Counted from the first letter of the stretch, positions 28,975 through 43,439 are shown. The stretch: 64,000 bases of DNA from Eledone cirrhosa (GCA_964016885.1 OZ024742.1:322028001-322092000), one strand, 5' to 3'. The notes: generated by a model not told the origin, from the letters alone. Made by a program: numbers and translations.

Positions 28975-29465
28975 CTAGCAGAAAAACCACGCTTCGGGTG
29001 GTTTTCTGCTAGCATGTGTAGTGTGTATATTGATATTATACGTAAGTATATATATATACATGTAGATATGATACAGCAAATAAAATCGTAATTGACAATA
29101 TATAATTCATAGAAATTGAACGAAGACTGTGTAACACTGTTTTATGTAATCAGTAAAGTAATCTATGATACATTAAAAAAAGATGATATTATATATAAAT
29201 TGCATTACGAAAAAATTAGCGACAGAAAATGAGTATGTTTATATAAGCGATCGCCAACCGGAAGTGTTGACATTTCAGAAATTTTAAAGAAGTGAATCTT
29301 TAAATAAACAAAATATATTTAATCAACAGCCACGAAATTTAGTAGATAAATTATGTAATATTCATTCATTATTTATTCAAAGTAATCCAAGTTATTTTAC
29401 TAATGGGATAAAAAAAATTATAAACCGTACGCAGTCCCACGCCCCTCCCTTTATTATAGTTTAGA
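28975..29465 (-). mobile_element. Non-autonomous Helitron
   Basis: Minus strand reads A|TCTAAACTATAATAAAG...hairpin...CTAG|T: 5' TC, 3' CTAG, AT target. Confidence 0.65.
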
Positions 29466-29501
29466 TTATTACAATATACATATATATATATATTTCTCCC
29501 C

Positions 29502-29562
<61 letters not shown>

Positions 29563-30542
29563 TAACAGATTAAAGTTTAAGCAAAGAATCGCTGCTTTTA
29601 CCCTTAACGGGATCTACTGAAACTAACAAAGTCAATCTGTAAACGCAGAAGTGGATATTTCAAAAAACGTTGCAACCGGAGGAAGACAGGAAGACGATAC
29701 TTTGGTTCGTGGAAACGTTCCCTGGCAAAGAACGGGAAAAAACGAATATAATACGTCATTAATTGGAGCGGTGAAAAACAATTACGCGCAAAGACAGAAC
29801 CACGTTTATGGTATAAAAGAAGTCGTAGACTAATGTTCTCTTAGGTGGTTCATAGAGACGTTCTCTGGCAATGAACGGAAAAAACGAAGATAATACGTCG
29901 TATGTGGAGCGTGGAGAACAATTGCACGCAAAGACAAAACCACGTAAATGGTATAGCTGAAGTCGTAGACTAAAATTCTAACTAGGAGACCGAATGAATA
30001 AAGTAAATAAAATACAATACAGAGGTAATAGAAATGAAATAAATACATACACGCATGCAAATACGTACATACACAAGCATACGCGAAAACACTTGCCATA
30101 GGTATACATAACCACGCACATATAAATATATGTGTGTCTGCGTGTATACAAATAGATAAATAATTAAATAAACGTATTTAAATAAATAAATACGTATATA
30201 ACAAGCGCACACACATACCTACATGTAAATACACAAATGTTCGGAGACGTAAGTCAACCAAAACAGGAAGTACACATATACACACACCCAACATACGTAC
30301 GAACCTGTATACTCACACAGACGCAAAACACCCGTATACACATAACCAAACCATATGTACCAGAATATATAAAAAAATTATACGCCATAACATATACAAT
30401 CAAATATACGTACGAGAAAGCATACGTACCTTCACAAAACATACAGGTAATATATACTTACCTATGCAAATAAGTAATGGTATAAACAAAACATATACTT
30501 AGCTACCACATCAAGACGTAAAATATCCACGTATAGATCGTA

Positions 30543-32672
30543 CTATCCGTTAGGGTATAACGTGGGGCTGTAATACAGGATAGTTTTGTGCAATTTATGT
30601 TTACAAGCCGAAATTGCCTCAGATTTTTTGTTTAGGATGAGGTCTTTGGCGTAGAGTATTTCCAGGACCTCAGCGGCGCAGAGGTCACATGGTCTTTTAT
30701 TTCCGTTATACGATCCAGCCCTAGCTAGGATCTCCCAGTGTAACTTATATTGGGTGTAGTTGTCTTTTAGACTCCAGATATAAGCTGAAAGTGACGTCAT
30801 ATTCCTTCTTAGAGGGTAACGAAAAGAATGGGTATGCATGTAAAGACGCTGCTTGAATCTATTGGCGATTAACCCTATGTAGGTCCAACGGGACGTGGGT
30901 TTTTCAACCTTACATTTGTAGACAATGTTACTAGAGAGGCATTTCCCGGATAGGGGGCAATCAACCCGATTCCTACAATTACAGTTAGTACTAACTACAG
31001 GGTTGCACGTGTTCCTACGGCTAGGTAGTTTAGCTAAATTTGAAGCTGTGATGTTATATGCAAGGTTAGGAGTAGTAGAGTAAGAAATTTTAATAGTATT
31101 TCTATTAAAAATGTTACTATATTTATGTGTAGGGGGAAAATGCTTCGTAATAAGGGAAAGAAAGATCTTAGCTAATGGTGTGGCCACCGCCATATTATAT
31201 GGTGGGTTATACTAACAAATACGACGGGATCTATTTCTTCTAGGTCTATTTTCGTACTCAGTATATGCTACCTTATCGATAAATCCACTCCGAGCAAGAG
31301 CTTCATTGTAATAAGTGGAATGGTCGTTGAAAATATGCTCGTTAGTAGATAGACGGGAAAGCCTCAACGAAACGTTTCTTACCAGGTTCTTGGTTATGCT
31401 GGCAGGATGGTTGGAATGCTTACTTATGTAATTAAGCGTATCATTTGGCTTTCTATACGGGTAATACAAGCCATTCGATAAATTGAGGGTAACGTCGAGG
31501 TAATTAACGACCGAGAGATTGGCCTCAACCTGTATAGAGAGGTTGAAGCCTTTAAAGAAGGCCGTGAGTTCTTTTGTGAACCTGTCGCAGGCACGAGGTC
31601 CGCACTTAGTCATGATCAAAAGACCATCATCACGGTACAAACAACCGCCCGCGTTGGGGAATTCGTCCTTGATAGAGAAAAGAAGGAAAAGGCCGATAAG
31701 ATCAGTAACCTCCGCAGAATCGCTGGCGCCCATACTCACGTCGAATGGGGTACTATTGGATTTTTTAATCTAAATAGAGTCGTCGAAATTAATCACCGAC
31801 TTACGGGCATTGAGGATGACATCAACTTCGAAATCCTTAACCACTGTGAGTGTTTTAGCGAAATTGATAGCTCTAAGGAGAAGTGGTAAAGTGATGGAAG
31901 AGTAGTAATTGTTGATGTCGAACTGGATAAAACAGCAATGTTCCTTGTTGAATATGCCGTTGAACCAATCAATCACCGCGAAAGAATTGTTCCACAGTGC
32001 AAGAGGGGCCAAACTTCTAATTTCTGGTATAATTTTATCAAGAATCCTTTTACTAAGTCTACCTAAATCGGACTTCGTAGGGTTAATAAGCCGAATAGAG
32101 GGGATGTTCTGAAAATTGGATTTGTGATCCTTCAGGGTAAAGTGGGGAGAAATAGGGTCCAGAGGTTCGGTCCGGTCCAGGATGTTGAGATCAGAGGTGA
32201 TTTTAAACCCAGCATCGTTGATTTCATTGATGACGCACCGATTAGTTTTACGGTAATCCTTAGTTACAGCATTATGTAGTAGTTGATGGTAAGTACTGCG
32301 CTCCACTTGATATAGGTTGCCAGTTTTGTCGGAATGGACGTGCACGGCACTAGAATCCTTAATAGAACGAATTCTATTCTTCAGGTCCTGCTGGAAGGAA
32401 TTGCTCCTATTCCGAAATTTGATACTTCGTATGAGTTCCAAGACATAATTTTCGAAGGGTAGCAATGCTGGGTTACACGGGGGGTTATTATAGGTTTTAA
32501 ACCCAAATTTATTCTGTTTGTTGTCTGCTTTTTGCGGATTATCGAAATAAAAGGCACGCCAACGCAACCTTTTAATGAACGCGTCTGTTTTCTGTATCAG
32601 GAGTTTTAGGTATGTTTTCCTGCTTGGTACGAGTATGTTCTTTGTAGAAATATTCAGGTGTTGTTTCTGCAT
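30543..32672 (-). pseudogene. PLE RT + GIY-YIG ORF (709 codons, one frame, two in-frame TAG stops)
   Basis: The three track ORFs share one frame; motifs FIKRLRW, DKTGNLY, LKDHK, RLINP, QFDI, MGASDSAEV, LYRDDGL, NYLDV, CNCR..CPLSGKC..IVY..YIG, CDLC, LNKKSE..CKH. Confidence 0.92.
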
Positions 32673-32826
32673 GATGAATATAAGTCAATAGAGTGCTCAA
32701 CCGAGGGAGCCAAATAGTAATAATAATAAATTTGAAGAGTAAAATCGAAAGAGGGCTCGATAAGGATAAATATATATCAAATATATAAGAACCGTAGAGC
32801 AAATATTTATTAAAATAACAGATTAA

Positions 32827-32877
32827 AGTTTAAGCAAAGAATCGCTGCTTTCACCCTTAACGGGATCTTCTGAAACT
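32827..32877 (-). ncRNA. Hammerhead ribozyme (family C), CAGAAGA core
   Basis: AGTTT-CAGAAGA-tCCC gttaa GGGt-GAA-AGCA gcgattctt TGCT-T-AAACT; same core at ~57888-57937 and ~28882-28928. Confidence 0.65.
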
Positions 32878-33299
32878 AACAAAGTCAATCTGTAAACGCA
32901 GAAGTGGATATTTCAAAAAACGTTGCAACCGGAGGAAGACAGGAAGACGATACTTTGGTTCGTGGAAACGTTCCCTGGCAAAGAACGGGAAAAAACGAAT
33001 ATAATACGTCATTAATAGGAACGGTGAAAAACAATTACGCGCAAAGACAGAACCACGTTTATGGTATAAAAGAAATCGTAGACTAATGTTCTCTGAGGTG
33101 GTTCATAGAGACGTTCTCTGGCAATGAACGGAAAAAACGAAGATAATACGTCGTATGTGGAGCGTGGAGAACAATTGCACGCAAAGACAAAACCACGTAA
33201 ATGGTATAGCTGAAGTCGTAGACTAAAATTCTAACTAGGAGACCGAATGAATCTCCGCTTCAGAGTTAAGAATAAAGTAAATAAAATACAATACATTAT

Positions 33300-33388
<89 letters not shown>

Positions 33389-33941
33389 TATATTGCTTTT
33401 ATTATTGTTGTTATCACTGTCTTATTTATACACGATTTGTTATTGATGCTGTGAAAACTAAACCCCCACGATTCGAACTAACAATCCCTACCTTTAGTAT
33501 AGGCCACTTAAATAACGAATCTACAACTCTATTTAACACCACATAAAAACTATCATCATCACTAAATTAATGAAACGAAAATGTTTATCTGTCAAATAAA
33601 AAAATTAAAAGTAAATCTGTTTATTGCTAGAATACCTACAGCACAGTGACTACCTCATAAATTCTGTCCCCAAGTACATCTTAGTGGTTACTGTTATCTA
33701 GTCGCTACCCCATCACTATATCTAATGTATCCTATAGCAGTTTTCACACGTCAATTCCATACATCTGTATCATATCAATCTGTTTAACATGTTAGATTCT
33801 CCATTATACTCTATCTCTTACTTATATTGATGTTATTATTTTAATTGTCTGCTATCTAGTTATTTTATTTTATCATTGATATTATTGTTCTGGTTTAATA
33901 CCACACTTATATAAAAACCATGCCTTATGTATCTTCTTCAT

Positions 33942-34064
33942 TTCACCCGCTCCGATGAAAACGACTGGTTGTAAATAAAGTATTGGAGATCGATTGGCGC
34001 ATACTCAGGCGTATAGCGAACTCTAGACCTGCCAGATCACAGAAACAATTGTCAGCAATGTGAA
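33942..34064 (+). ncRNA. Hammerhead-like ribozyme (family I), CCGATGA core, long stem II region
   Basis: TTCAC..GCT-CCGATGA-[~80 nt]-GAA-ACAATTGT-C-AGC..GTGAA; stem II closure not clearly resolved. Confidence 0.55.
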
Positions 34065-34141
34065 TAAAGCCTTTATTGTATAGCGAACCATGTCAATCTT
34101 CTTTCTTGAATTATATATATATACATATATATATACATATA

Positions 34142-34178
<37 letters not shown>

Positions 34179-34334
34179 TGTATAGAAGGAGCTTCTACAG
34201 GACTAGTACTAGTCCTGTAGAAGCTCCTTCTATACAATAAATATATTTTACTCTGCCAGGTATTGAGTACCTTACTTACTGTGGTTATCCCCGACTCAAC
34301 CCGGGACCTACGTATATATATATATATATATATA

Positions 34335-34860
34335 AATGGAAAAAAAGAAATTTCATTTCTCATTCATAGTACGGCTGATACTTAAATATAAGTATGTATA
34401 CGTACATTCATATATGTATACAGACGTACAGTAGTATGTATATACATACATACATGCACACATATATATATATATATGTACGTATGGGTTTACCGAACAT
34501 TTATTATAATGTTCGATTTGTTTGTAAACAAGCAGCCCGAATTAAGCCGTTAATATGCATAAGGAAAGTATATACTTTCAAACGTTCAATCATCTGACAG
34601 GAAGGTATACGATGCTGACGATAGCTAATAGGCTTGAAACTAGTACATCGTTCCTTTGTCAGTGTTGAACAAAAGGGCAACGATGGTTGCCGAACACTGT
34701 ACGGCTTAATTTGGGCTGTTTGTTTACAAACAAACCGAACATTATAATAAATGTTCGGTAAACCCATACGTACATATATATATATATGTGCATATATGTA
34801 TATATATACATACTACTGTACGTCTGTATACATATATGTATGTACGTATACATACTTATA
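34335..34860. mobile_element. PLTR-like family N with long inverted arms (~34390-34550 and ~34700-34860)
   Basis: Inverted repeat; an uninverted copy lies at 58081-58455. Confidence 0.75.
34609..34651 (+). ncRNA. Minimal hammerhead ribozyme (family N); second copy at 58145-58187
   Basis: ACGATG-CTGACGA-tAGC taatag GCTt-GAA-ACTAGT-A-CATCGT. Confidence 0.85.
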
Positions 34861-34902
34861 TTTATATATATATATACATATACATATATGTATTTATATA
34901 TA

Positions 34903-35034
<132 letters not shown>

Positions 35035-35036
35035 TG

Positions 35037-35101
<65 letters not shown>

Positions 35102-35102
35102 G

Positions 35103-35158
<56 letters not shown>

Positions 35159-35304
35159 TATAGATATAGATAGGTAAATATACACGGGTTTAACACTTAG
35201 AATTTAATATTCTATCATACTATTTCATTATAATACCATATTATATATATTTTAAAGGATTGTAAATAAAACGAGTAAATCAGACAAAGTTGGAATTCCT
35301 CTTA

Positions 35305-35383
<79 letters not shown>

Positions 35384-35511
35384 AACACTCTTTTATAATG
35401 GAGTTGCTGACAAATACACGGCTATATTCCGGTTTCAATTTCTTTATAAGAATCTTTACGTATTTTCTAATAAAACCTCTAGCGACTCAGTTCCTAATAC
35501 CATAAATTGAT

Positions 35512-36050
35512 GGGGGGGGGGGTATGGGGATGGTGGTGGTGGTAGGTGTAGTGGTTGTGGTGGTGGTGGTGGTGGTAGTGGTGGTTGTGGGGGTCGTGGT
35601 GGTAGTGGTTGTGGTGGTGATGGTGGTGGTGGTTGTGGTGGTGATGGTGATGGTGGTTGTAGTGGTGGTGGTGGTGGTGGTGGTTATGGTGGTGGTGCTG
35701 GTGGCGGTTTTAGTGATGGTGGTTATGGTGGTGATGGTGGTGGTGGCTGTAGTGTTGGTGGTGGTGGTTATGGTGGTGGTGGTGGTGGTGGTGGTGATTG
35801 TTATGGTTGTTATGGTGGTGGTTGTAGTGGTGGTGGTGGTGGTGGTGGCGGTTATGGTGGTGGTGGTGGTGGTTATGGTGGTTATGGTGGTGGTGGTGGT
35901 TATGGTGGGGCGGGTGATTGGGGGGGGGTTATCGTGGTGGTTGTGGTGGTTGAGGTAGTGGTGGTGGTGGTGGTTATGGTGGTGGTGGTTATGGCGGTGA
36001 TGGTGGTGGTGGTGGTGGTGGTGCTGCTGGTGGTGGTGCGGATGGTGATA
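35512..36050. repeat. (GGT)n-rich degenerate microsatellite
   Basis: Direct inspection. Confidence 0.95.
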
Positions 36051-36553
36051 AACACCAAAACCCAAGTATATTCAAAGCCAAAAGCAATATTTCAGTTGTT
36101 ATATCTGAGAATTGCTGCCAAAATGCCACAAAATTGTCTTTTATTTTATTTTATTTTTTTTTTTACACAATTCTATGGAAATATTCCTCACAACAAACAA
36201 TGGAAGGTTCCAGAAAGAATTCTGGTGCTTTTCGTCTTTCGTTGGTAGCAAATTGGGTGTCGATTGGATCAAATAAACGACTGCTTTACTCTTGTCGCAG
36301 ATAAAGTTCCACTATATATCTCTCTTTCTCTTTCTCTCTCTCTTTCGTCTGCTTTCTTTCTCTCTCTCTCTCTTTCTTTCTCTCTCACTCTCTCCCTCTA
36401 TCTATCTATATCTCTCTCTGTATATATATATATATATGTGTGTGTATGTGTATGTGTGTGTGTGTGCGTGCGTGTGTGTGTGTGTGCGCGTGTGTGCATG
36501 TGTGCGTGTGTATGCGTGTGTGTGTGTGCCTATGTGTGTGTATGTGTGGGTGT

Positions 36554-36589
<36 letters not shown>

Positions 36590-36746
36590 ACGTGCGTGTA
36601 TGCTCGCGTAAACGATCGTTATGCATTCATACACACAAACACCACGCCAATATGTGAGGCTGCCAAGAGCAGAATTCCTGCAGCTCACCAATCTCTCCAC
36701 ATTGACATTTTTTTGTTCGAAACAAATTTCGAAAGATGTGTGTGTT

Positions 36747-36796
<50 letters not shown>

Positions 36797-36826
36797 AATG
36801 AAAAGTATAGAAATTATTGTGAGCAA

Positions 36827-36857
<31 letters not shown>

Positions 36858-36903
36858 CAAGTATATACATATACATATACATATACATATATGTATTTAT
36901 ATG

Positions 36904-36934
<31 letters not shown>

Positions 36935-37307
36935 CATACATACATACACATATTATATATGCATACTACATACATATATACACTTTTTCTCCTCTTGCAC
37001 TCCTCTATTCTTATATAGAGATAGAGGAGGGGGGGGGGAGAATCGATCCCAGTTTTAGATTGGTATTTTATTTATCGACCCCGAATGGCTGACAGGCATA
37101 ATTGACCACGGCTTCGAAATTAGAACGTAAGGATATGGAACAAATTACCTTACAGCAATTTGTCCGATGTTGTAACGGTTCTGCCATTACATTGCAACGA
37201 GGAGATAACTCATATGGAAAATCTTGCTCCAAAAATTACTTTCTACAAGGTATTAACGAGATAATATATAAGTTTGTAGTGTGACTTTATAAGTTTCTAT
37301 TGTCATA

Positions 37308-37635
37308 ATTATTTCTACTTTTGGCACAAGGCCAGCAATTACCCAGTACATTACTGGTACTTTATTTTATCGACCCCGTAAGGATGAAAGGCAAAGTTAA
37401 CCTCGGCAGGATTCGGACTCAGAATGGCAAGGGCCGTAACTCTATGCGTCAAAGCATAGCGTCCGACCCTCTACCGATACTGCCAATTCACCGCCTTTCA
37501 TAATGTTGGATAGAATACTTTATGGTATTCGTTCCGGCTCTCTTCCCTCTGAGTTCAAATCCCGCCGAGGTCAACTTTGCTTTTCATCTTTTCGAAGTCG
37601 ATAAAAAAAAGTACCACTTAAATACTGAGGTCAAT
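37308..37635. mobile_element. SINE (37308-37497, minus) back-to-back with an older SINE (~37505-37635, plus)
   Basis: A-box, B-box and core motifs in opposite orientations. Confidence 0.8.
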
Positions 37636-37660
37636 TCTTCCTCTATATTTTTTTCCCATT

Positions 37661-37742
<82 letters not shown>

Positions 37743-38787
37743 TTCTATCTTTCTCTGGAAGAAATCTGCTGTACTTGGGCCTAGAGAGGGATGAGCTCCG
37801 CCAGGCTTAAAATGCCCCAGAAACGCTGTATGTCAATACTGCGCCCCTACGACTTTATCAGAAGTTACGGGACCATACATACATTGTCATAGTAAGGCAT
37901 AGTATACAAACAGCTCCGCTCCGGTAGCAGGGATGTGGTCAGGCGGTCAAGAACGCCGGAAGTCTCCACTGTCATTTCTACAATCGAGTTTCTTTCTTTT
38001 CTTTTATTCAGTCATTTGACTGAATTAATTTTTCTTTTCTTTTCAGAATTAAATCATTCAAAATTTGGAGAAGATTTATACATTTTTTTTATTTCACGAA
38101 TAAATCGTTTAGAATTTTTTTTCGAAATCTTAAATAACTTTCAGTTTCATTTTATTGACATCCATTTTATATACCTATATCGAAAGACGCCAGTGTTTAT
38201 AGCTCACGCCGACGAATAAATCGTTTAGAATATTTTTTCGAAAGATCAAGTAAGTTTCAATTTCATTTTATTGTCATCCATTTTATATACCTGTATCGAA
38301 AGACGCCAGTGTTTATAGCTCACGCCATTTTACGGTGGTGTGTAAAGATTGTTGTTTAACTGATGTTCGAAAATAATCAATGAACTTGTGTCGCACCAGA
38401 AGTTTACCACCTGATACTTTTCGAGTGTGACCAGCGATTACTTGTATAACGTCATATACTAAATATAACACATTACATCACACTACTCTCTCTCTCTCTC
38501 TCCTTCTCTCCCCCCTCTCGCTATCTATCTATCTCCTCCTCACTCTCCTTCTCGTTCTCCCTCTCCTTCTCGTTCTCCCTCTCCATCTATCTAATCATAC
38601 ACACACACACGTGAAGTTTCCGTGACACTTTTAGTAAATGAATATTCACATATACTGTATATGTGTGTATGTGTGTATACACACACATACACACATACAC
38701 ACACAATGTGCGATTAATCCTGTCACGAATGTCAAGTATTTTCGTATATTTATATTGATGTTGTTTATTTCTTATCGTTAGTAGTAC

Positions 38788-38867
<80 letters not shown>

Positions 38868-38971
38868 ATGGTGGTGGTGGGGGTGGTGGTGGCTGTAGTA
38901 CTAGTTTTTACTATACGAGATAAGACAATCGAAATTCCTACGTGACGTAGCAAAGACGATATATGTCCGTA

Positions 38972-39013
<42 letters not shown>

Positions 39014-39073
39014 CTTAGCCGTCGGGCAAAGAATCCCTATAATAATGATAATTATATATATATATTATATGTG

Positions 39074-39123
<50 letters not shown>

Positions 39124-39289
39124 ACTGGTTATTTATTGAAAAGAAATCAAATCATCAGGGCTTTCCGGATGATTTCTTTTGAATGAAACAGTTCTAGTCC
39201 TGTAGAAGCTATTTCTATATTAAACTTGAAGTTTAAACTCAACTAATGTATTGAGTAACTTACTAACTGTGGGTACCTCCTCCGCCCAC

Positions 39290-39346
<57 letters not shown>

Positions 39347-39365
39347 CAGACAGAGAGAGAGAGAG

Positions 39366-39406
<41 letters not shown>

Positions 39407-39746
39407 CATTTATTATGACTCAGTGATTAAACTTCCGAGAAACAGGGCTAATATATGAATATTTAAACCCCACTTTAGTATTGAGTACTCATTCTTACGC
39501 ACATCCGCCAATAACACACATATATATATACATATACACACACACACACACACACACCCTCACATACACACACACACACACACAAACACACACTCACACA
39601 TACACATACACATACATACACACGCACACACACACACACACGCACGCGCACATATATATATATACATATATACACACACACACACACGCACACATATATA
39701 TATACATATATACACACACACACACACTCACACACACACACTCACT

Positions 39747-39814
<68 letters not shown>

Positions 39815-40063
39815 ACACCGTCGGTTATTTTAATCCAAAGATTAACTTGGCCCGCTATATATGAAAGGACTCAATACAGAAATGATTTGCGAGGTATTTT
39901 ATAGAAGTACTTATGAGTTAAATCCCAGATTTTCACCTGGAACTATTTTTTGAAACAAGAATTAAATGGATTCCAATTACTGGAACCATTTCAATGAATT
40001 AAATCTAGATTCCTGTTTTTGTAGGTACTTTTTATTTATCTCATCCTTAATTATATGACAAAA

Positions 40064-40455
40064 AGGCGGTGAATTGGCAGTATCGGTAGAGGGTTGGATA
40101 CCATGCTTTGCAGCAAAGAGTTACGGCCCTTTATGGTCTGAGTTCAAATCCCGCCGAGGTTAATTTAACTTTCATCCTTACGGGGTCGATAAACTAAATT
40201 ACCAGTAATACACTGGTATAATTGCTGGCCTTGTGCCAAATGTAGAAACAATTAATTATATGACAAAAAGGCGGTGAATTTGCAGTATCGATAGAGGGTC
40301 GGACACCATACTTTCCAGAATAGTTACGTCCCTTTATGGTCTGAGTTCAAATCCTGTCGAGGTTAACTTTGCCTTTTCATCCTTACGGAGTCGATAAAAT
40401 ATAGTACCAGTAATGTACTGGGTATTTGCTGGCCTTGTGCCAAAAGTAGAAACAA
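40064..40455 (+). mobile_element. Two tandem SINE copies with a triplicated flank
   Basis: Copies ~40064-40252 and ~40269-40455; taattatatgacaaaa lies before, between and after them. Confidence 0.9.
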
Positions 40456-40762
40456 TTAATTATATGACAAAATTCTTCAATAAATATATCTTCATATCTT
40501 ACTTGTTGCTGCCAACCTTCTGTGGCTATGCTGGAATGCCACAATTAGATAAACATTTTAGATAAACTTTCTAAGTAAGATAGTTTTCAATGAACTAGTA
40601 AGATAGCTATCAATGAACTAATGAAGGGAACTGCCTGTTACAAATAATTTTTGAAAATAATCTTCTCATTGTTAAGCTTTTGTTTGAAACATAACATAAC
40701 AAAGATTAGGTACTTCCATAAAATTACGATAAAACTGTGTTTTTAGACAAATCCAAATACTG

Positions 40763-40804
<42 letters not shown>

Positions 40805-41185
40805 TATCGAGAATCGGAACCTCGGCCCACGAAATAACGAAACACAATCTTCGAAATGTGTGGCAAAGTGCTCAATAGTTTGGATAAACCAGAGCTATAA
40901 CTAACGTTTAACACACTGAGACGATGCTTAAACAATCATTCGCACAGCCGAAAATACGACCAAGAAAATTCGGGTCAGACAAATATATATATATATATAT
41001 AGTAATAATAAACGTGAAGACTAAAATCCGAAGAGGGCTCGATAAGGTTAATATATAATATATCAAATATATAAAAACCATAGAACAAATATATATATAT
41101 ATATATGACTATCTATCTTTATGTCAACTTTGGATATTTCTCCCAAGTTATTACCAATTTATATACACACACACACACACACACA

Positions 41186-41296
<111 letters not shown>

Positions 41297-41444
41297 ATAA
41301 ATTGGTAATACCTTGGGAGAAATATCCAAGGTTGACATATATATATATGAAGGATCGGCCTCCACAGCCACCTTCGTGCCCACGGCAGACGGGAACTAAA
41401 ATAAAGATGTCATCATCGTTCACGATGGACAACCAGGGAATATT

Positions 41445-41745
41445 AATAAATAGAAACTATCTTTATAAAACCATATTTATTTTATTATATATATTTCAAG
41501 GGTACCAACATTTTTGGTACGCCCTCATCAGATAAAATATAAACGTTGTTTTACAGATAGTGACATATTCAAAACTAGAACTTATCATCAGAACGCAAAA
41601 CGATAAGTTCTAGTTTTGAATATGTGACTATCTGTAAAAGAACTTTTATATTTTATCTGATGAGATCGTACCAACAATTTTGGTACCCTTGAAATATATA
41701 TAATGAAATAAATATGGTTTTACAAAGATAGTTTCCATTTATTAA
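41445..41745. mobile_element. ~300-bp palindrome (family J) with two opposed hammerheads (41481-41536 minus; 41651-41708 plus)
   Basis: TTTAT-CTGATGA-GGGcGTACCAA...TTGGTACCCTT-GAA-ATATATAT-A-ATAAA. Confidence 0.7.
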
Positions 41746-42129
41746 CATTATTAATATTATACTCCAGAAGAAAACTGCAGAGTGCTTCTAATCTGTTATA
41801 AACTAAATCTGTTGAATAACCAACAAATTAAATAACTCATTGCTTATATATTAATATATGTATTAATATATATAATATATATATGTATGGGGTGGTGGTG
41901 GCGGTAGTAGTAGTGACACATCTACCGTACCTTGGCCTGGCTACAATGCTGGTGTAAACACTTTGTCGCGAATGTCACAATAAACTACGTCACCTTACTC
42001 CGATTTATCACTATTATCATTGTAGTAGTTACAACTTCAACAGCAATACTATCATCATCATCATCATCATCATTATCACCAACAACTACTACAGCACTAA
42101 CACCACCAACAATAACATTACTTCAAGAT

Positions 42130-42139
42130 TGACACCACT

Positions 42140-42170
<31 letters not shown>

Positions 42171-42185
42171 TAATACTACTACAAT

Positions 42186-42232
<47 letters not shown>

Positions 42233-43228
42233 TCAACACCACCACCACCACCAACACCACCCACCACCACCAACACCACCAACACCATAGTCAACACCGC
42301 CACCATCAACACCACCAACACCAACACCATAGTCAACACCACCACCATCAACACCACCAGAGCCATCAACACCACCACCACCATCAACACCACCAACACC
42401 ACCACCACCACCATCAACACCACCAGCAACACCACCCGCCACCACCAACACCACCACTATCAACACCACCACCACCACCACCACCACCACCATCAACACC
42501 ACCAGCAACACTACCCGCCACCATCAACACCACCACCACCAACACCACCACTATCAACACCACCACCAACACCACCACCACAATCAACACCACCACCACT
42601 ATCACCAACACCGCCACCACCACTACCATCACCAACACCAACACCGTCACCAACAGCACCACCACAATTAACACCACCACCATCAACACCCCCATCAACA
42701 ACACCACCACCACAATCAACACCACCACCATCAACACCCCATCAACAACACCACCACTATCAACACCACCACCACCATCAACACCACCACAACCATCAAC
42801 AACACCACCACTATCAACACCACCACCACCATCAACACCACCACCATCAACACCCCATCAACAACACCACCACTATCAACACCACCACCACCATCAACAC
42901 CACCAACATCAACACCCCCATCAACAAAACCACCACTATCAACACCACCACCACCAACACCAACACCACCACCACCATCAACACCAACACCACCATCAAC
43001 ACCACCACCAACACCACCACCACCATCAACACCACCAACACCACCACCAACACCAACACCACCATCATCAACAAGACCACGATTTGTTTATCCAGCAAAG
43101 GTAACCAGTTTTTATATTTTTCAGATTTGGTTGTGGTTGTCATTGTGGTGGTGGTGGTGGTGGTGGTGGTGGTGGTGGTGGTGGTGGTGGTGGTGGTGGT
43201 GGTGGTGGTGGTGGTGGTGGTGGTGGTG

Positions 43229-43259
<31 letters not shown>

Positions 43260-43300
43260 CAGTAGCAGTGGTGGTGGTAGTAGTAGTGGTGGTGGTGGTG

Positions 43301-43341
<41 letters not shown>

Positions 43342-43408
43342 GGTGGTGGTGGTGGTGGTGGTGGTGGTGGTGGTGGTGGTGGTGGTGGTGGTTGTGGCGG
43401 TGGTGGTG

Positions 43409-43439
<31 letters not shown>

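Larger units (their letters stand above)
29556..33302 (-). mobile_element. Penelope-like retroelement (Nematis-type, tentative), family C, in (TA)n
   Basis: Direct PLTRs ~29556-30000 and ~32716-33250 flank a single RT + GIY-YIG frame. Confidence 0.92.

Noticed and set aside
31212-31772. Selenocysteine recoding as reported for Naiad PLEs
   Set aside because: The in-frame stops are TAG, not TGA, and fall at Trp rather than Cys positions
29651-33086. Twin 60-aa ORFs at 29651 and 32904
   Set aside because: They are antisense frames inside the duplicated PLTR, not genes
40504-40531. Possible 28-nt minus-strand micro-exon (cag|...|gtaaga)
   Set aside because: Splice-like words alone are expected by chance; no support
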